Position numbers and translations under genes: made by a program. From IMG/VR virus record IMGVR_UViG_3300015360_000036, positions 1 through 64,000 of that record: a DNA stretch of 64,000 nt. One strand, written 5' to 3'. This DNA comes from a virus. The notes beneath the pieces are model-generated. The model made no database searches. It was not told where the DNA came from and saw only the letters and a list, made by a program, of their open reading frames with translations. Position 1 is the first letter of the stretch. Every line of letters starts with the position of its first letter. Of the stretch, positions 18,171 through 28,479 are shown piece by piece.

Positions 18171-18496
18171 TTTTCATAACTAAAGAAGAAGATTTGGTAT
18201 ACAACTCGAAATTAAGTTCCATTTATTTCTACTCATCATGGTTGCCATTTCATAAGAAGTTTTTAATCATGATAGACAAAGTAAAAGAAAAACACTCTTC
18301 TTTAGAATTTTTCGCTATAGACGTTGATCAGTTCAGAGGATTATGCTCAAGATATGGAGTACTTTCTGTTCCAACTGTTATAGTAATGTATGAAGGTAAA
18401 GAACAAACTAGGATAGAAGGGCTGGTAATGACTAGTGCTTTTATAAAAGTTTTCGCTGATATATGTAATAAGTATTCTGCAAATTTGGAGAAATAA
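18167..18496 (+). CDS. thioredoxin-fold protein lacking CxxC
   Basis: FYSSWLPFH in place of WCxxC; FFAIDVD and YGVLSVPT retained. Confidence 0.8.
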   Translation: MIFITKEEDLVYNSKLSSIYFYSSWLPFHKKFLIMIDKVKEKHSSLEFFAIDVDQFRGLCSRYGVLSVPTVIVMYEGKEQTRIEGLVMTSAFIKVFADICNKYSANLEK

Positions 18497-18781
18497 ATGG
18501 TAAAAAAGCAAGAAAAAGTAGTAGTAGCAGCACCAGTAGTAGCTAAAGTAGAGTTAACTGAAGCTCAAAAGATTTGGAACGAAGTTAAAGGTTTAGAAAT
18601 TGAAATGTTTGCATTGCCAAATCAAAAAGTACATCAATATGTAAAGCAAGTTTCTATCGATCCAAGTAGACTATTTTTAATCGCTAATGCTACATCAGTA
18701 TTACCTGCATTAGAGCTAGTTGTTGATAAGAAGTTTACTATTGAAAAAATAGATAGATTTCTAGTTCTTACAAGGAAATAA
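18497..18781 (+). CDS. hypothetical protein
   Basis: GGAG RBS; ORF in operon. Confidence 0.6.
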   Translation: MVKKQEKVVVAAPVVAKVELTEAQKIWNEVKGLEIEMFALPNQKVHQYVKQVSIDPSRLFLIANATSVLPALELVVDKKFTIEKIDRFLVLTRK

Positions 18782-18782
18782 G

Positions 18783-19268
18783 ATGCCTTTCGACGAAGAA
18801 GATCAAGATACAGGACCATCAGAACATTCTAAAAAAATTGGATTAAAAAAAGTAAGCGATCAAAAATCAATTTTTGATAATGCTCCTAAGAAACCAACTA
18901 AAGAAGAGTTTGAATTAAAAGTTAAAGAACGTCAAGATCGTCAAACTGGATATAAACAAAAAGCGGCTGATCTTGCTGTTAAGTTTAGAAGAATGATGGA
19001 AGATAAAACGCTTGTTCAAAATAGAAGTGTTTTCGCCAAAGAAATAGAGCGAGATGTTTTAAGTGAAATGATTCAGCTTGCTATGGATATTAATGCTGAT
19101 CCAAGCGAACAAGAAGGAATGGGTTCATTAAGTTGGATTACTCTATTATTCAAAACTTGTTTGTCACAAAGGGATAGATTGAATAATCTTGAATTTATTT
19201 CAGAAGATTTAGGAAAGAAAATTAAAAGTATTTCTGAGTCTCTTGACAGTAAAAAGTCCAGTGAGTAA
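18783..19268 (+). CDS. hypothetical coiled-coil protein
   Basis: ORF in operon. Confidence 0.6.
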   Translation: MPFDEEDQDTGPSEHSKKIGLKKVSDQKSIFDNAPKKPTKEEFELKVKERQDRQTGYKQKAADLAVKFRRMMEDKTLVQNRSVFAKEIERDVLSEMIQLAMDINADPSEQEGMGSLSWITLLFKTCLSQRDRLNNLEFISEDLGKKIKSISESLDSKKSSE

Positions 19269-19271
19269 GTT
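19243..19271 (+). promoter_or_regulatory. sigma70-like promoter
   Basis: TTGACA-17 nt-TAAGTT ending 4 nt before ATG 19276. Confidence 0.5.
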
Positions 19272-19275
19272 AGTC

Positions 19276-19455
19276 ATGATTACTAAAGAATCAATAATGA
19301 CTCTTATTTCAGAAGAAAAAGAAACCTTTAGTAAGTATTCACAATCATGCGCAATATACAAAATCGAAATGGACCCATTGGCTATGGCGAAACATCATGG
19401 GAAACTGGAGATACTACAGATGCTTCTACAAGAAAAGCCTTCTTCAAAAATTTAG
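19276..19455 (+). CDS. small hypothetical protein
   Basis: ATG just after the promoter; overlaps the next ORF by 109 nt. Confidence 0.4.
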   Translation: MITKESIMTLISEEKETFSKYSQSCAIYKIEMDPLAMAKHHGKLEILQMLLQEKPSSKI

Positions 19456-19952
19456 TAGATAGAGCTAATTCTGTACCAATCGTAAAAATATTCAAAAGTT
19501 ACGGTTTGAGACTTAGTGAATATAACAAAGATACTATTTGCCCATTCCTAGACCATAAAGGAGGTAGAGAGAGCTCTGCCTCCTTTACTTATTATCCTCC
19601 TACTAATAGTTTCTTTTGCCATGGATGCAGAAAAGGTATCTATGGTACTGATTTCGTTGTAGCTATGGATGGAATTCCAAGAGCAAAAGCTGCTTATAAA
19701 ATATTAGAATTATTTGGTGGCGATGTAGATGATGATGTAGAGTTTGAGACACTTGACATCGCTGAAAGATTAGAAATTATGATGGAATTTTCTAATCGTG
19801 TGAGAGATTTTAGGCAAGACAATACAGATGAAAAATCACTTGTTTTCATTGAAAATATATGCCAGATATATGACGATATGAATAATAAACACAAACTTGA
19901 TAATGAATCTCTTAGAAAATTCATATCAATACTAATAACACAGATTAAGTAA
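19347..19952 (+). CDS. stand-alone primase-type CHC2 zinc-binding domain protein
   Basis: CPFLDH...SASF...FFCHGC...TDFV; no TOPRIM domain. Confidence 0.85.
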   Translation: MRNIQNRNGPIGYGETSWETGDTTDASTRKAFFKNLVDRANSVPIVKIFKSYGLRLSEYNKDTICPFLDHKGGRESSASFTYYPPTNSFFCHGCRKGIYGTDFVVAMDGIPRAKAAYKILELFGGDVDDDVEFETLDIAERLEIMMEFSNRVRDFRQDNTDEKSLVFIENICQIYDDMNNKHKLDNESLRKFISILITQIK

Positions 19953-19956
19953 TTAT

Positions 19957-21150
19957 ATGCCTTATGCCATTATTTTAGGTGACGTTCATTTGGGAAAAGG
20001 TATCAACATTGGTAAAGCTGGTGTTGGAGCAAGCCTAAATAGTCGAGTCACAGATCAATTAAATCTTTTAGAGTGGACTTTAGATAGAGCATTATATCAT
20101 ACAGCAAGTCATATTATTATAACTGGAGATGTTTTTGAAGATCCAAAACCACATCCAGCGCTAATGACATTATTCATTGGTTGGTTGAAAAAATGTGAAG
20201 CCAATGGTATCAATGTTGATATTATCATGGGTAATCATGATATTCTTAGAAGTGGATTCATCTACAATTCACCTCTAGACATTATTTCTGAATTTGAATT
20301 AGATAACATTACCGTACACAAACAGATAAGTACTATTTTTATAGAATCAACTGCTTTTACCTTAGTTCCATTTAGAGATCGTAAGTCATTTTTCTGTAAT
20401 ACCAATCAAGAGGCTCTAGCACTTCTTAAAGACAGTTTTGTTTATGAACTAGCAAGTATACCAGTGACTTACAAAAAGGTTATGGTTGGTCATTTAGCCA
20501 TCGAAGGCTCAATACCAATTGGCGATGAGATTGATGATATCACGAATGAATTATTCTGTACTATAGATATGTTCACTGGTTATGATAAAGTATGGATGGG
20601 TCATGTTCATAAACCACAGATCATGAGTAAGAACCCATATATAGCTCATACCGGAAGTATGGATATTTCTAATTTTGGTGAGAATGACCATAAGAAACAA
20701 ATTGTAGTACTTGATTGTATTACAAATAAATTTACTTTAGAAGATATTCCAACTAGACAACTTAAGAAGATTGTTATTACTGTACCGAAAGATACCGTAG
20801 ACACAACTGCTTACGTATTAAAACAATTAGAGTCAGAAGATACTTTAGATAGATCTATTGTTAAAGTAGAAGTTGCTTTTGCTTCTCCAGACTTAAAATC
20901 TATAAACAAAGGTTCTATAGAAAAATTTCTGATGAAACAAGGTGCATTTAATGTTACGAATATTTCGGAATCTAAGAAAATAGCTATTATCAAGAAAGAT
21001 AATGCAAAAGTTATAGACACGAAAATGGATGTTTTATCTGCAATACAAACCTACTCCGAGTTGTATGTAGATGATAAAATAAGAGGTAAATTTGTTGAAG
21101 TAGCTAATTCGCTATACGCAGACTATAAGGAAGAAAATGAATCCAATTAA
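19957..21150 (+). CDS. sbcD: SbcD/Mre11-like nuclease (gp47-like)
   Basis: GDVHLG, TGDVFE, GNHD, GHL and GHVH metallophosphoesterase motifs. Confidence 0.92.
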   Translation: MPYAIILGDVHLGKGINIGKAGVGASLNSRVTDQLNLLEWTLDRALYHTASHIIITGDVFEDPKPHPALMTLFIGWLKKCEANGINVDIIMGNHDILRSGFIYNSPLDIISEFELDNITVHKQISTIFIESTAFTLVPFRDRKSFFCNTNQEALALLKDSFVYELASIPVTYKKVMVGHLAIEGSIPIGDEIDDITNELFCTIDMFTGYDKVWMGHVHKPQIMSKNPYIAHTGSMDISNFGENDHKKQIVVLDCITNKFTLEDIPTRQLKKIVITVPKDTVDTTAYVLKQLESEDTLDRSIVKVEVAFASPDLKSINKGSIEKFLMKQGAFNVTNISESKKIAIIKKDNAKVIDTKMDVLSAIQTYSELYVDDKIRGKFVEVANSLYADYKEENESN

Positions 21151-23329
21151 ACTGTATATTGAAAATTATATGTGTCATGGTAAATCTACAATAGATTTTA
21201 CACAATTCAATATAGCTCTTATAGTTGGTAAAATTGGGAATAATGATTTATACTCTAATGGTGTAGGTAAAACTACAATTTTTAAGGCAATTGAATATGT
21301 ATTATTCAATCAAGCAGATGTTAATCTAGAGAAGATTATTAGGGACGATACTAATCTATGTAAGGTTATGTTTGATTTTAATTCTGACAACATTACATAC
21401 CGCATTTCCCGTACAAGGACTAGAAAAGGTAGCTCAGATCTTTCTTTATACGAAAGAACGGCTAACGTTGGTACTGAAGTCGAAATTGATGACCCAGCAT
21501 CAGATGCTAAGTTTTGGAAGGATATCTCTGGTAGAAGGGCGGCGGATACTGAAAAAGATCTGGCTAAACTAATAAAGATAAATTTCAAATCATTTAGAAG
21601 TACAGTACATTTTATGCAAAATGATTTTTCAGGATTAACAACTTCTACACCAGAGAAAAGAAAAGGCATATTAAAAGATGCTTTGAATCTTTTAGTATAT
21701 TCTAAGTTGGAAAAAATGGCTAAGGATAAAACAACGCTTTTATCTAAAGATATTGATAAGCATAAAACTCTTATAGATTCACTTGGTGATCCAAATTCCG
21801 AAATAACTCCACTACAAGATCAATTAGTTAATATTGAAATTGTAGTTCAGGACAAGAATATCGAGTTAAAAGGTTTACAAAAAGAACTAGCAAAAGTCAA
21901 TGACAAAATAGCTGAGTTAATTCAAAAACATTCTTTATTGGAAAGTAAGACATCTTCTTTAGTTGCTAGAGAACAAAACCTTATTCTTGATAAGAAAAAG
22001 CTAGAATCATCTATAAAAGAGTACAATTCTAAGCAAACTAATGTTGCTAGTGCCGCTACAGAAATAATCAATGAAATTTCAAAATTAAAAGAGCAGCAAA
22101 CTGCTTTAGCTAAAATTGATTATTCAGAAGTAGATATCATTTCGAATACACTTGAATTGACAAAAACTAAAATAGCTCAATTGAATGGCGTCATACAAAA
22201 TAATATGACACAGTATGAAGAATTAAAAATTCCTGTACCTGATGAGAACGTTTGCAAGCATTGTCGTCAAGGACTATCAGATGAGCATAAGTTACATTGT
22301 AAAAAAATGATTGCTGACGAGATGGATCAATGTCAAACTGCCATCAAAACTGCTAAAAAAGAAATAACTAGCTTAAATACTACAATTATTGCTAATCAAC
22401 AAAAGTTAAATAGCATTAATTTATCAAGACAACAATTAGAGAGTTTGAATACTAAAATAACTGCTAAACATAAAGAAATACAAGATAAGCAGGATATTCA
22501 TAAAGAATATGTAATTATATCAGCCAAGTTTAAAAAAGAGTTTTCTGAAAAGTTACTAGAGTTAGGCGCTGTACAAGAGGAATTAAAGACTTCTTCTTTA
22601 GAAGAGACTAATCTTATTAAGCAGAGTATTGGTACAGAAAATGTAATTGCATCAGGTATTAATACAAAAATCTTAAACATAAACAAAGATATTAGTCATC
22701 AGGCTGGGACTGTTGCGGTTTTAAAGCATTCAATAGCTCAAAAGAATAAAGATAAAAATAAGAAAGAATCATTAGTAAAAGCATTACTTATGCTGGAAGA
22801 AAACTATAAAATTTACCCTTTAGTTGTTCAAGCTTTCTCTTCTACTGGAATACCAAACCTTATTATTCAAAATGTGTTGGACGATTTACAAGTAGAATCA
22901 AATGAATTACTCACTAAATTGAAACCAGGATTACAGTTAGCATTTTCTATAGAAAAAACTAAGGGTGATGGATCGCAAGATGAAACTCTTGATATTCAAT
23001 ACTTTGTAAGCGGTAAATCTAGAGATTATGATCAATTGTCCGGTGCTATGAAACTTGCAGTTACTTTCAGTCTAAAGTTAGGACTTTCATTCTTATTGCA
23101 AAAGATGATTGGTACAGATATTAAGATACTTATGTTAGATGAAATTGATCAATCTTTAGATAAGGCAAGTGTTGATGCATTTGCTGATATTGTTAAGTTT
23201 TTTCAAAACGACTTTACGATCCTTATTATTACACATAACGATAGATTGAAAGATAAATTCTCACACGCTATATTGGTCGAACAAGATATGAATATGGTGT
23301 CAACTGCGAGCGTCGTCTCGTCTTGGTAA
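21137..23329 (+). CDS. sbcC: SbcC/Rad50-like ATPase (gp46-like)
   Basis: NGVGKTT, Q-loop, coiled coil with CKHC hook, LSGA signature, LDEID, IITH. Confidence 0.93.
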   Translation: MNPIKLYIENYMCHGKSTIDFTQFNIALIVGKIGNNDLYSNGVGKTTIFKAIEYVLFNQADVNLEKIIRDDTNLCKVMFDFNSDNITYRISRTRTRKGSSDLSLYERTANVGTEVEIDDPASDAKFWKDISGRRAADTEKDLAKLIKINFKSFRSTVHFMQNDFSGLTTSTPEKRKGILKDALNLLVYSKLEKMAKDKTTLLSKDIDKHKTLIDSLGDPNSEITPLQDQLVNIEIVVQDKNIELKGLQKELAKVNDKIAELIQKHSLLESKTSSLVAREQNLILDKKKLESSIKEYNSKQTNVASAATEIINEISKLKEQQTALAKIDYSEVDIISNTLELTKTKIAQLNGVIQNNMTQYEELKIPVPDENVCKHCRQGLSDEHKLHCKKMIADEMDQCQTAIKTAKKEITSLNTTIIANQQKLNSINLSRQQLESLNTKITAKHKEIQDKQDIHKEYVIISAKFKKEFSEKLLELGAVQEELKTSSLEETNLIKQSIGTENVIASGINTKILNINKDISHQAGTVAVLKHSIAQKNKDKNKKESLVKALLMLEENYKIYPLVVQAFSSTGIPNLIIQNVLDDLQVESNELLTKLKPGLQLAFSIEKTKGDGSQDETLDIQYFVSGKSRDYDQLSGAMKLAVTFSLKLGLSFLLQKMIGTDIKILMLDEIDQSLDKASVDAFADIVKFFQNDFTILIITHNDRLKDKFSHAILVEQDMNMVSTASVVSSW

Positions 23330-23337
23330 GGAATAAA

Positions 23338-23922
23338 ATGTATAAAATAGCTATTGTTGGAAAAGCTAACTCAGGTAAAGATACTATTGCAAAGCTTTTC
23401 GGTAGAAGATTGAAAGAAACTAAGCATGTCGGTAAATTCAGGAGCATGGCTTTTGCTGATCCAATTAAAGAGATTATCAGGGTCATGTTTCCTTCAATAC
23501 CCAGAAAGCATTTATACGGTTCTTCAAAGTATCGCTCAGAAGTTATACCAGGGGCTTTCAAAGACGGCGTACCATTGACTATAAGGCAGTTGCTTATAGA
23601 TATTGGTACCGGTCTTGGTAGAGGATATAGTGATTCTATTTGGTTGGATAATTTTGATAATAGATTAGATCATCCAAATCGGTATCAAAGACATTCACCA
23701 GTTATTGTTACTGATACTAGGTTCAGAAATGAATTTGATCACCTTAAAAGCAAAGGATTCAAGATGGTTAAAGTTATTAGAGATTCGTACCTAGTAAGTA
23801 ACCATATTAGTGAAACTGAACAGGACTCTATAAAAAATGGTGAATTTGATATCATTATAAATAATAATGGTAGTCTTGCTGATTTGAAAGATCTTGTTTT
23901 TAAAGAAGCAGACGCTATATAA
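23338..23922 (+). CDS. deoxynucleoside monophosphate kinase
   Basis: GKANSGKDT, FADPIK, RQLLIDIGT, TDTRFRNE, HISE. Confidence 0.88.
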   Translation: MYKIAIVGKANSGKDTIAKLFGRRLKETKHVGKFRSMAFADPIKEIIRVMFPSIPRKHLYGSSKYRSEVIPGAFKDGVPLTIRQLLIDIGTGLGRGYSDSIWLDNFDNRLDHPNRYQRHSPVIVTDTRFRNEFDHLKSKGFKMVKVIRDSYLVSNHISETEQDSIKNGEFDIIINNNGSLADLKDLVFKEADAI

Positions 23923-23947
23923 TAGTATATTTGAGCATATAGTCAAG

Positions 23948-24262
23948 ATGAACCTAGACTTGCTTAAAAAAGAATTTTTGCCGAGATACTTGGCTGTTGG
24001 AGAGCAGGAGTTTTATAAATTTCTGCTCGTTTTTGCAATGACTAGGTTGGTAGCTATCGAAAAAGGCGATTATAAGGGGTCAACACCGGATTTAGAGTTC
24101 TTACAATACTATGAAGGGTTTATAATATTGTATAGAAGGGAAGGTGATGAAAATTATATTAATGCTGCCAGATTATTCAGAAAGGCTGCACATAAAATTA
24201 ATCGACTCATGCTTAAAAAAAACATGACAGTCAAAAGCCCTAAATTCTTAACTTTGGTATAA
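23948..24262 (+). CDS. hypothetical protein
   Basis: ORF in operon; ATG at 23948 preferred. Confidence 0.55.
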   Translation: MNLDLLKKEFLPRYLAVGEQEFYKFLLVFAMTRLVAIEKGDYKGSTPDLEFLQYYEGFIILYRREGDENYINAARLFRKAAHKINRLMLKKNMTVKSPKFLTLV

Positions 24263-24263
24263 T

Positions 24264-25256
24264 ATGGTAGTAATAAGCATTGAAATAGAACAGTCAGCAG
24301 AAGAAATTGTTTCTGGTATTCCAAAAACAGTTACAATTACTGCAAGCACATCAGCCCCTATCTTTTATACTTTAGATGGTAGCGAGCCCACAATATTTTC
24401 AGAAATATACGTCAGCGCAATTTTCTTGCCAACGGACAGTTTAACACTTACATTGAAAGCGATGGCGACTGACGGCATCGATACCTCACCGGTAATTTCT
24501 GAAACATATTTTACCAATTTAACAGTAGGCAAGAACGCTCGCTTAGCTCACTCAGCCACAAGTGCTCAAGCTGGCGACGTTATCGAAAGCCGATACCCCT
24601 TCGGTTCAAGTTCACCAGATCCTAATACAATATTTTTATCTTCTGGTGATGTTGGTATTACGGTTAATGATCCATCATTAGAACAAATTATTGATGGTTA
24701 TGGCGCTGATGGCGAACCTAATTCATTTACTAATGAAGAGTACACTACAGAAAACTATAGCATCAAATATTCTGATGATGATGCAATTGGTCAAATGGGC
24801 AATGGCATTGGAAGCCTTCCTAATAATATAACGGTCACTAGACCTGTTGCACCGCCAAATACAACTAATCAATTCTCTGTAGCTTTCGATCCAAGAGCTT
24901 TGGTAATATTTCAAGACGTATCTTTGGAAGATCCAAATGATCCGCCATACATAAATAGAGAATTCTTTTCATTAGAAAATAGTGATGTTACAAGAGATGG
25001 TAATAATTATTACAATACTGGATTAGATTCTCCACCTGTATCTGGATCTTTTTTAAGATCTCATTTTAATGCTAGAGATAATACTATGACTTATTACTAT
25101 ATGGATACCATAGCTAATAAGTGGATTATATCAAAAACTCCATATAATCCAACATCAAATTCAACGGATAATTTGGGTGGAATGGCATTATCTAATAGAC
25201 CTGGAGCAAAGTATGTTTACGAGTGGCGCCCATTTGCAAGAAGAGTTCTATTTTAA
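24264..25256 (+). CDS. protein with N-terminal chitobiase-C-terminal/FN3-like domain
   Basis: IFYTLDGSEPT...LKAMA motif. Confidence 0.7.
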   Translation: MVVISIEIEQSAEEIVSGIPKTVTITASTSAPIFYTLDGSEPTIFSEIYVSAIFLPTDSLTLTLKAMATDGIDTSPVISETYFTNLTVGKNARLAHSATSAQAGDVIESRYPFGSSSPDPNTIFLSSGDVGITVNDPSLEQIIDGYGADGEPNSFTNEEYTTENYSIKYSDDDAIGQMGNGIGSLPNNITVTRPVAPPNTTNQFSVAFDPRALVIFQDVSLEDPNDPPYINREFFSLENSDVTRDGNNYYNTGLDSPPVSGSFLRSHFNARDNTMTYYYMDTIANKWIISKTPYNPTSNSTDNLGGMALSNRPGAKYVYEWRPFARRVLF

Positions 25257-25258
25257 TT

Positions 25259-25681
25259 ATGATTATAAGGGTGTTTAAGCCTAACAAGGGTACAAATAGT
25301 TTAAAGCTTTGTTATCGAAATGAAAATGGGCAACTACATAGAATAGATGGTCCAGCTAAAATTTATCATGATGGTAGCGAAGAGTGGTGGCAAAATGGTG
25401 TACTACACAGAGATGGCGAGCCTGCTACTATTTGGATAAATACAAATGGTATAACTAAAAGATGGTTTTTTAATGGACTTCTGCATAGAGTAGATGGTCC
25501 TGCTGAAGAATATTCTGATGGTGATAAACATTAGTATATTCATGATGTACCGCATAGAGTAGACGGTCCAGCCATAGAAATTAATGATGGACGTAAGTAT
25601 TGGTATTATAATGGAAGAAAAATTGATTGAAAAAATCAAAAAGAATTCTCAATAATGATAAAGTTACTGACGTTTTGCTAA
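25259..25681 (+). pseudogene. LHRxDGPA-repeat protein interrupted by two in-frame stops
   Basis: four HRxDG repeats; the frame continues past TAG 25532 (HRVDGPA...YWYYNG) and TGA 25628 to TAA 25679. Confidence 0.75.
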
Positions 25682-25729
25682 TCTGATATATAGAGCATTA
25701 CACTATTTACAATTGAAAAGAATATATTT

Positions 25730-26545
25730 ATGACTCAGGAAGAAGAGTATAAGCCATTAAGGCTTAGCGTATCTAAAACGAAAACATTCTTAGATTGCAG
25801 ACGGAAGTTTGAGTATTCTTATATACAAAAACTTCCCAAGAAAGATTGGGAGCATCACACTTTTGGTAAGTTCTGCCATAAAGTATTAGAAGATTTTCAT
25901 CAGTACTATCTTGAAGGTAGCCAAGATCCATACAACATAAGTATGAACAAGGCTTTTAAAGCTGCCTGGACAGAGTACAAAGCACAAATGACTCCTGAAA
26001 TGAAAAAGGATTGTTTTGCTATTATCAATAATTACTTGAAATTAGTTAGTGATGAAAAGAGGGATGGTATTGCAGCAAATGTTCTGGCTTGTGAAAAGAA
26101 GTTTGAATTGCCAATAAAAAGAAGTGATGGTAATCATTTGGTTTTGAATGGTATGATTGATCGTATTCAATTAGATTCTGATGGAGTAATTCACGTAGCT
26201 GACTATAAGAGTACTAAGAATAAAAAGTATTTGAAGAATGATTGGTTTCAATTACTTACATATGCTTATGTGTTAATATCAGAAGATCCTAATATAAAGA
26301 AGGTTAGAGGGTCCTATGTTCTATTGAGACATAATTTTGAGTATATTACTGCTGAGTTTGAAGTACCAGAAATTATGACAGTTGCAGAAAAGTATTTAAA
26401 TTATGCTAATGAAATAGATAGTGAAAAGGAGTATCCTGCTAACCCTACAGGATTGTGCAATTATTGTGATTTCCAGAATATGTGTGCCGAGGGGAAAACA
26501 AAATCTTTTGATTATCAAAAAATTTATGGCGAGGTAAGTTGGTAA
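25730..26545 (+). CDS. PD-(D/E)XK RecB/Cas4-like exonuclease with Fe-S cysteines
   Basis: LSVSK..DC, GKFCH, NGMIDRI, ADYKS, QLLTY, LCNYCDFQNMC. Confidence 0.88.
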   Translation: MTQEEEYKPLRLSVSKTKTFLDCRRKFEYSYIQKLPKKDWEHHTFGKFCHKVLEDFHQYYLEGSQDPYNISMNKAFKAAWTEYKAQMTPEMKKDCFAIINNYLKLVSDEKRDGIAANVLACEKKFELPIKRSDGNHLVLNGMIDRIQLDSDGVIHVADYKSTKNKKYLKNDWFQLLTYAYVLISEDPNIKKVRGSYVLLRHNFEYITAEFEVPEIMTVAEKYLNYANEIDSEKEYPANPTGLCNYCDFQNMCAEGKTKSFDYQKIYGEVSW

Positions 26546-26555
26546 ATACCAGCCC

Positions 26556-26583
26556 TTGACAGAAAAAATATAGTTATTATAAT
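26556..26583 (+). promoter_or_regulatory. consensus sigma70 promoter for tig
   Basis: TTGACA (26556-26561), 16 nt, TATAAT (26578-26583). Confidence 0.8.
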
Positions 26584-26617
26584 GGTTAGTGCCAACATTG
26601 AGAAAATAGGAAGAAAA

Positions 26618-27868
26618 ATGCAAATCGAAGTTAAAGAAATTGAGCCATGCAAACTATCAGTTCATTATGAAGCAAATGCTGAGCAGATTCTAAATAAAAG
26701 AGCGGAGGTGTTCCAAGCCTTTAAGAAAGCACCTGTACCGGGATTCAGACCAGGTAAAGTAGCTCCAGAAGCTATTAAAATGCATTACAAGAATCAGATT
26801 GAGGAAGCTCTTAAAAGGGGTTTAGCAGAAGATGCTTACCATAATACGCTTTTCGAGAAAAAGCTAAGAGCACACGGTGCTCCAAGGTTTACCACATTAT
26901 CACTAATTGGTGGTAAGTTTAGTTGTGATTTTGATCTACACACTAAGCCAGATTTTGAGCTAGCTCCTTATCATAAGCTAAATGTACCAAAACCACACAG
27001 TCCTTTATCACAAAGTGATATAGCCGAAAAAATGCTTCAAGAAGTTAGAGTTCGTCTTGGAGAGCACACCCCTTATTCAGATACTGATTTCGTTCAAATG
27101 AATGATAATGTCATTGTTGATTATGAGGGTTCAGTAGATGGTGTTAAAGTTGAGGCATTAACCGCTACTGGTGAGATGCTTAATGTTGGAACCAGCCAAT
27201 TACCAGCATTTGATGAAAATTTATTGGGTATGACTGTAGGCGAAACTAGGGAATTTTCCCTGGTAGCTCCAGCTAATTCTTTACCATCATTAGCTGGAAA
27301 GCTTGTTACATTTAAAGTAACGCTTACTATTGGTTCAAAGAACACTCCAGCAGCTTTGGATGATAGTTTAGCTGTAAAACTTGGTAAAAAAGATTACAAT
27401 GAATTACGTGAATTTGTGACAGCCAATGCTGGCGCTCAAGTAATCAATACAGGAAAATCTGCATTAAATGGTTCTATCACCGCAAAACTAGTAGAAGATA
27501 ATAAAATTGATGTGCCAAACTGGCTTGCTCTTTCTGAAGCTCAGTATTTAGCTCATCATTCAAAAATGGATTGGAATACTATTTCTGATGCAGATAAGGA
27601 TAAGCTTTTGATAATGGCAGAGAAAAATGTCAAATTATCATTGGTGTTAGATAAGATTAGAGAGACTGAGCCTGATGCCCAGCTAAGTGATAATGAAGTA
27701 CTTAATATAATTAAGCACAATATGTCTAAAACTAAATTACAATCATCATCATTTGATGATGCGATTAAAGAGATGACAAGAACAGGTTATCTTCAAGTTT
27801 TATTCTCAAGAATAAAAGATGAATATACTCTAGACTACATCGTAAAATCAGCAATCATAACGGAATAA
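26618..27868 (+). CDS. tig: trigger factor
   Basis: ribosome-binding signature VPGFRPGKVAP, FKBP-like domain (VIVDYEGSVDG...GMTVGETREF), C-terminal domain; AGGAAG RBS. Confidence 0.92.
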   Translation: MQIEVKEIEPCKLSVHYEANAEQILNKRAEVFQAFKKAPVPGFRPGKVAPEAIKMHYKNQIEEALKRGLAEDAYHNTLFEKKLRAHGAPRFTTLSLIGGKFSCDFDLHTKPDFELAPYHKLNVPKPHSPLSQSDIAEKMLQEVRVRLGEHTPYSDTDFVQMNDNVIVDYEGSVDGVKVEALTATGEMLNVGTSQLPAFDENLLGMTVGETREFSLVAPANSLPSLAGKLVTFKVTLTIGSKNTPAALDDSLAVKLGKKDYNELREFVTANAGAQVINTGKSALNGSITAKLVEDNKIDVPNWLALSEAQYLAHHSKMDWNTISDADKDKLLIMAEKNVKLSLVLDKIRETEPDAQLSDNEVLNIIKHNMSKTKLQSSSFDDAIKEMTRTGYLQVLFSRIKDEYTLDYIVKSAIITE

Positions 27869-27881
27869 TAGGTAAAATATA

Positions 27882-28199
27882 ATGTCAACAGATTCAAATG
27901 ATCCAGTAACGTTCGCGGAAAAATGGGCTAAAGTACTCAAGGAGCTTCCTGAGTTTAAAGAGAATGCAGATGCAGCAAGCGTAGAGGATTTAAAGAAAAT
28001 CATCGTCACTTGTGAAGGTAACATTTATGAGACAGATAAAGCTAAAGAAGCTGATGTTAAATTAAATGCAGCTAAAGAATGTGTTAAAGATTTTTCAGCG
28101 CCATATCGTGATGCAATTAAAGTACAAACCGCAAAAATCAAATATGCTTTATTCTTACTTGATGGCAAGGGAGAAGATGTTGGTGATAGGGAAGAATAA
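27882..28199 (+). CDS. hypothetical helical protein
   Basis: AGGT RBS; ORF in operon. Confidence 0.6.
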   Translation: MSTDSNDPVTFAEKWAKVLKELPEFKENADAASVEDLKKIIVTCEGNIYETDKAKEADVKLNAAKECVKDFSAPYRDAIKVQTAKIKYALFLLDGKGEDVGDREE

Positions 28200-28477
28200 T
28201 GAAGGTTGAAAGATTTACCGTCCAAGCTTGCTGTGGAAGGACATCTTTGATTTTCAAAACAGATCAGCCTCTTACAAAAACCATACTAGATCAATTAGTT
28301 AGTATGGGTTTTAAAGAGGCTGTGCATTTTACTAAAGCTGGAATCCTATGGGTAGATAATATGGACTTAATAGTAACAGGTCCGCTGGGTTCTAATAAGC
28401 TACAGGTGAAATGCAAGAAAGCTGATTGTAGTCAAAATCTTAATGAATTCGAGGATTTACTTCTAAAAATAGGTTAA
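28199..28477 (+). CDS. hypothetical protein
   Basis: coupled ORF. Confidence 0.6.
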   Translation: MKVERFTVQACCGRTSLIFKTDQPLTKTILDQLVSMGFKEAVHFTKAGILWVDNMDLIVTGPLGSNKLQVKCKKADCSQNLNEFEDLLLKIG

Positions 28478-28479
28478 AT

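Noticed and set aside
19430-19455. Programmed -1 frameshift joining ORF 19276 to the CHC2 gene
   Set aside because: The frames are compatible, but no canonical in-frame slippery heptamer or stimulatory structure was seen
25532-25630. Genome-wide stop-codon reassignment
   Set aside because: TAG and TGA end many tightly packed genes, and conserved long genes have no internal stops
25730-26545. CRISPR-Cas locus suggested by the Cas4-like gene
   Set aside because: No repeat-spacer array or other cas genes seen; solo Cas4/RecB-like nucleases are common in phages
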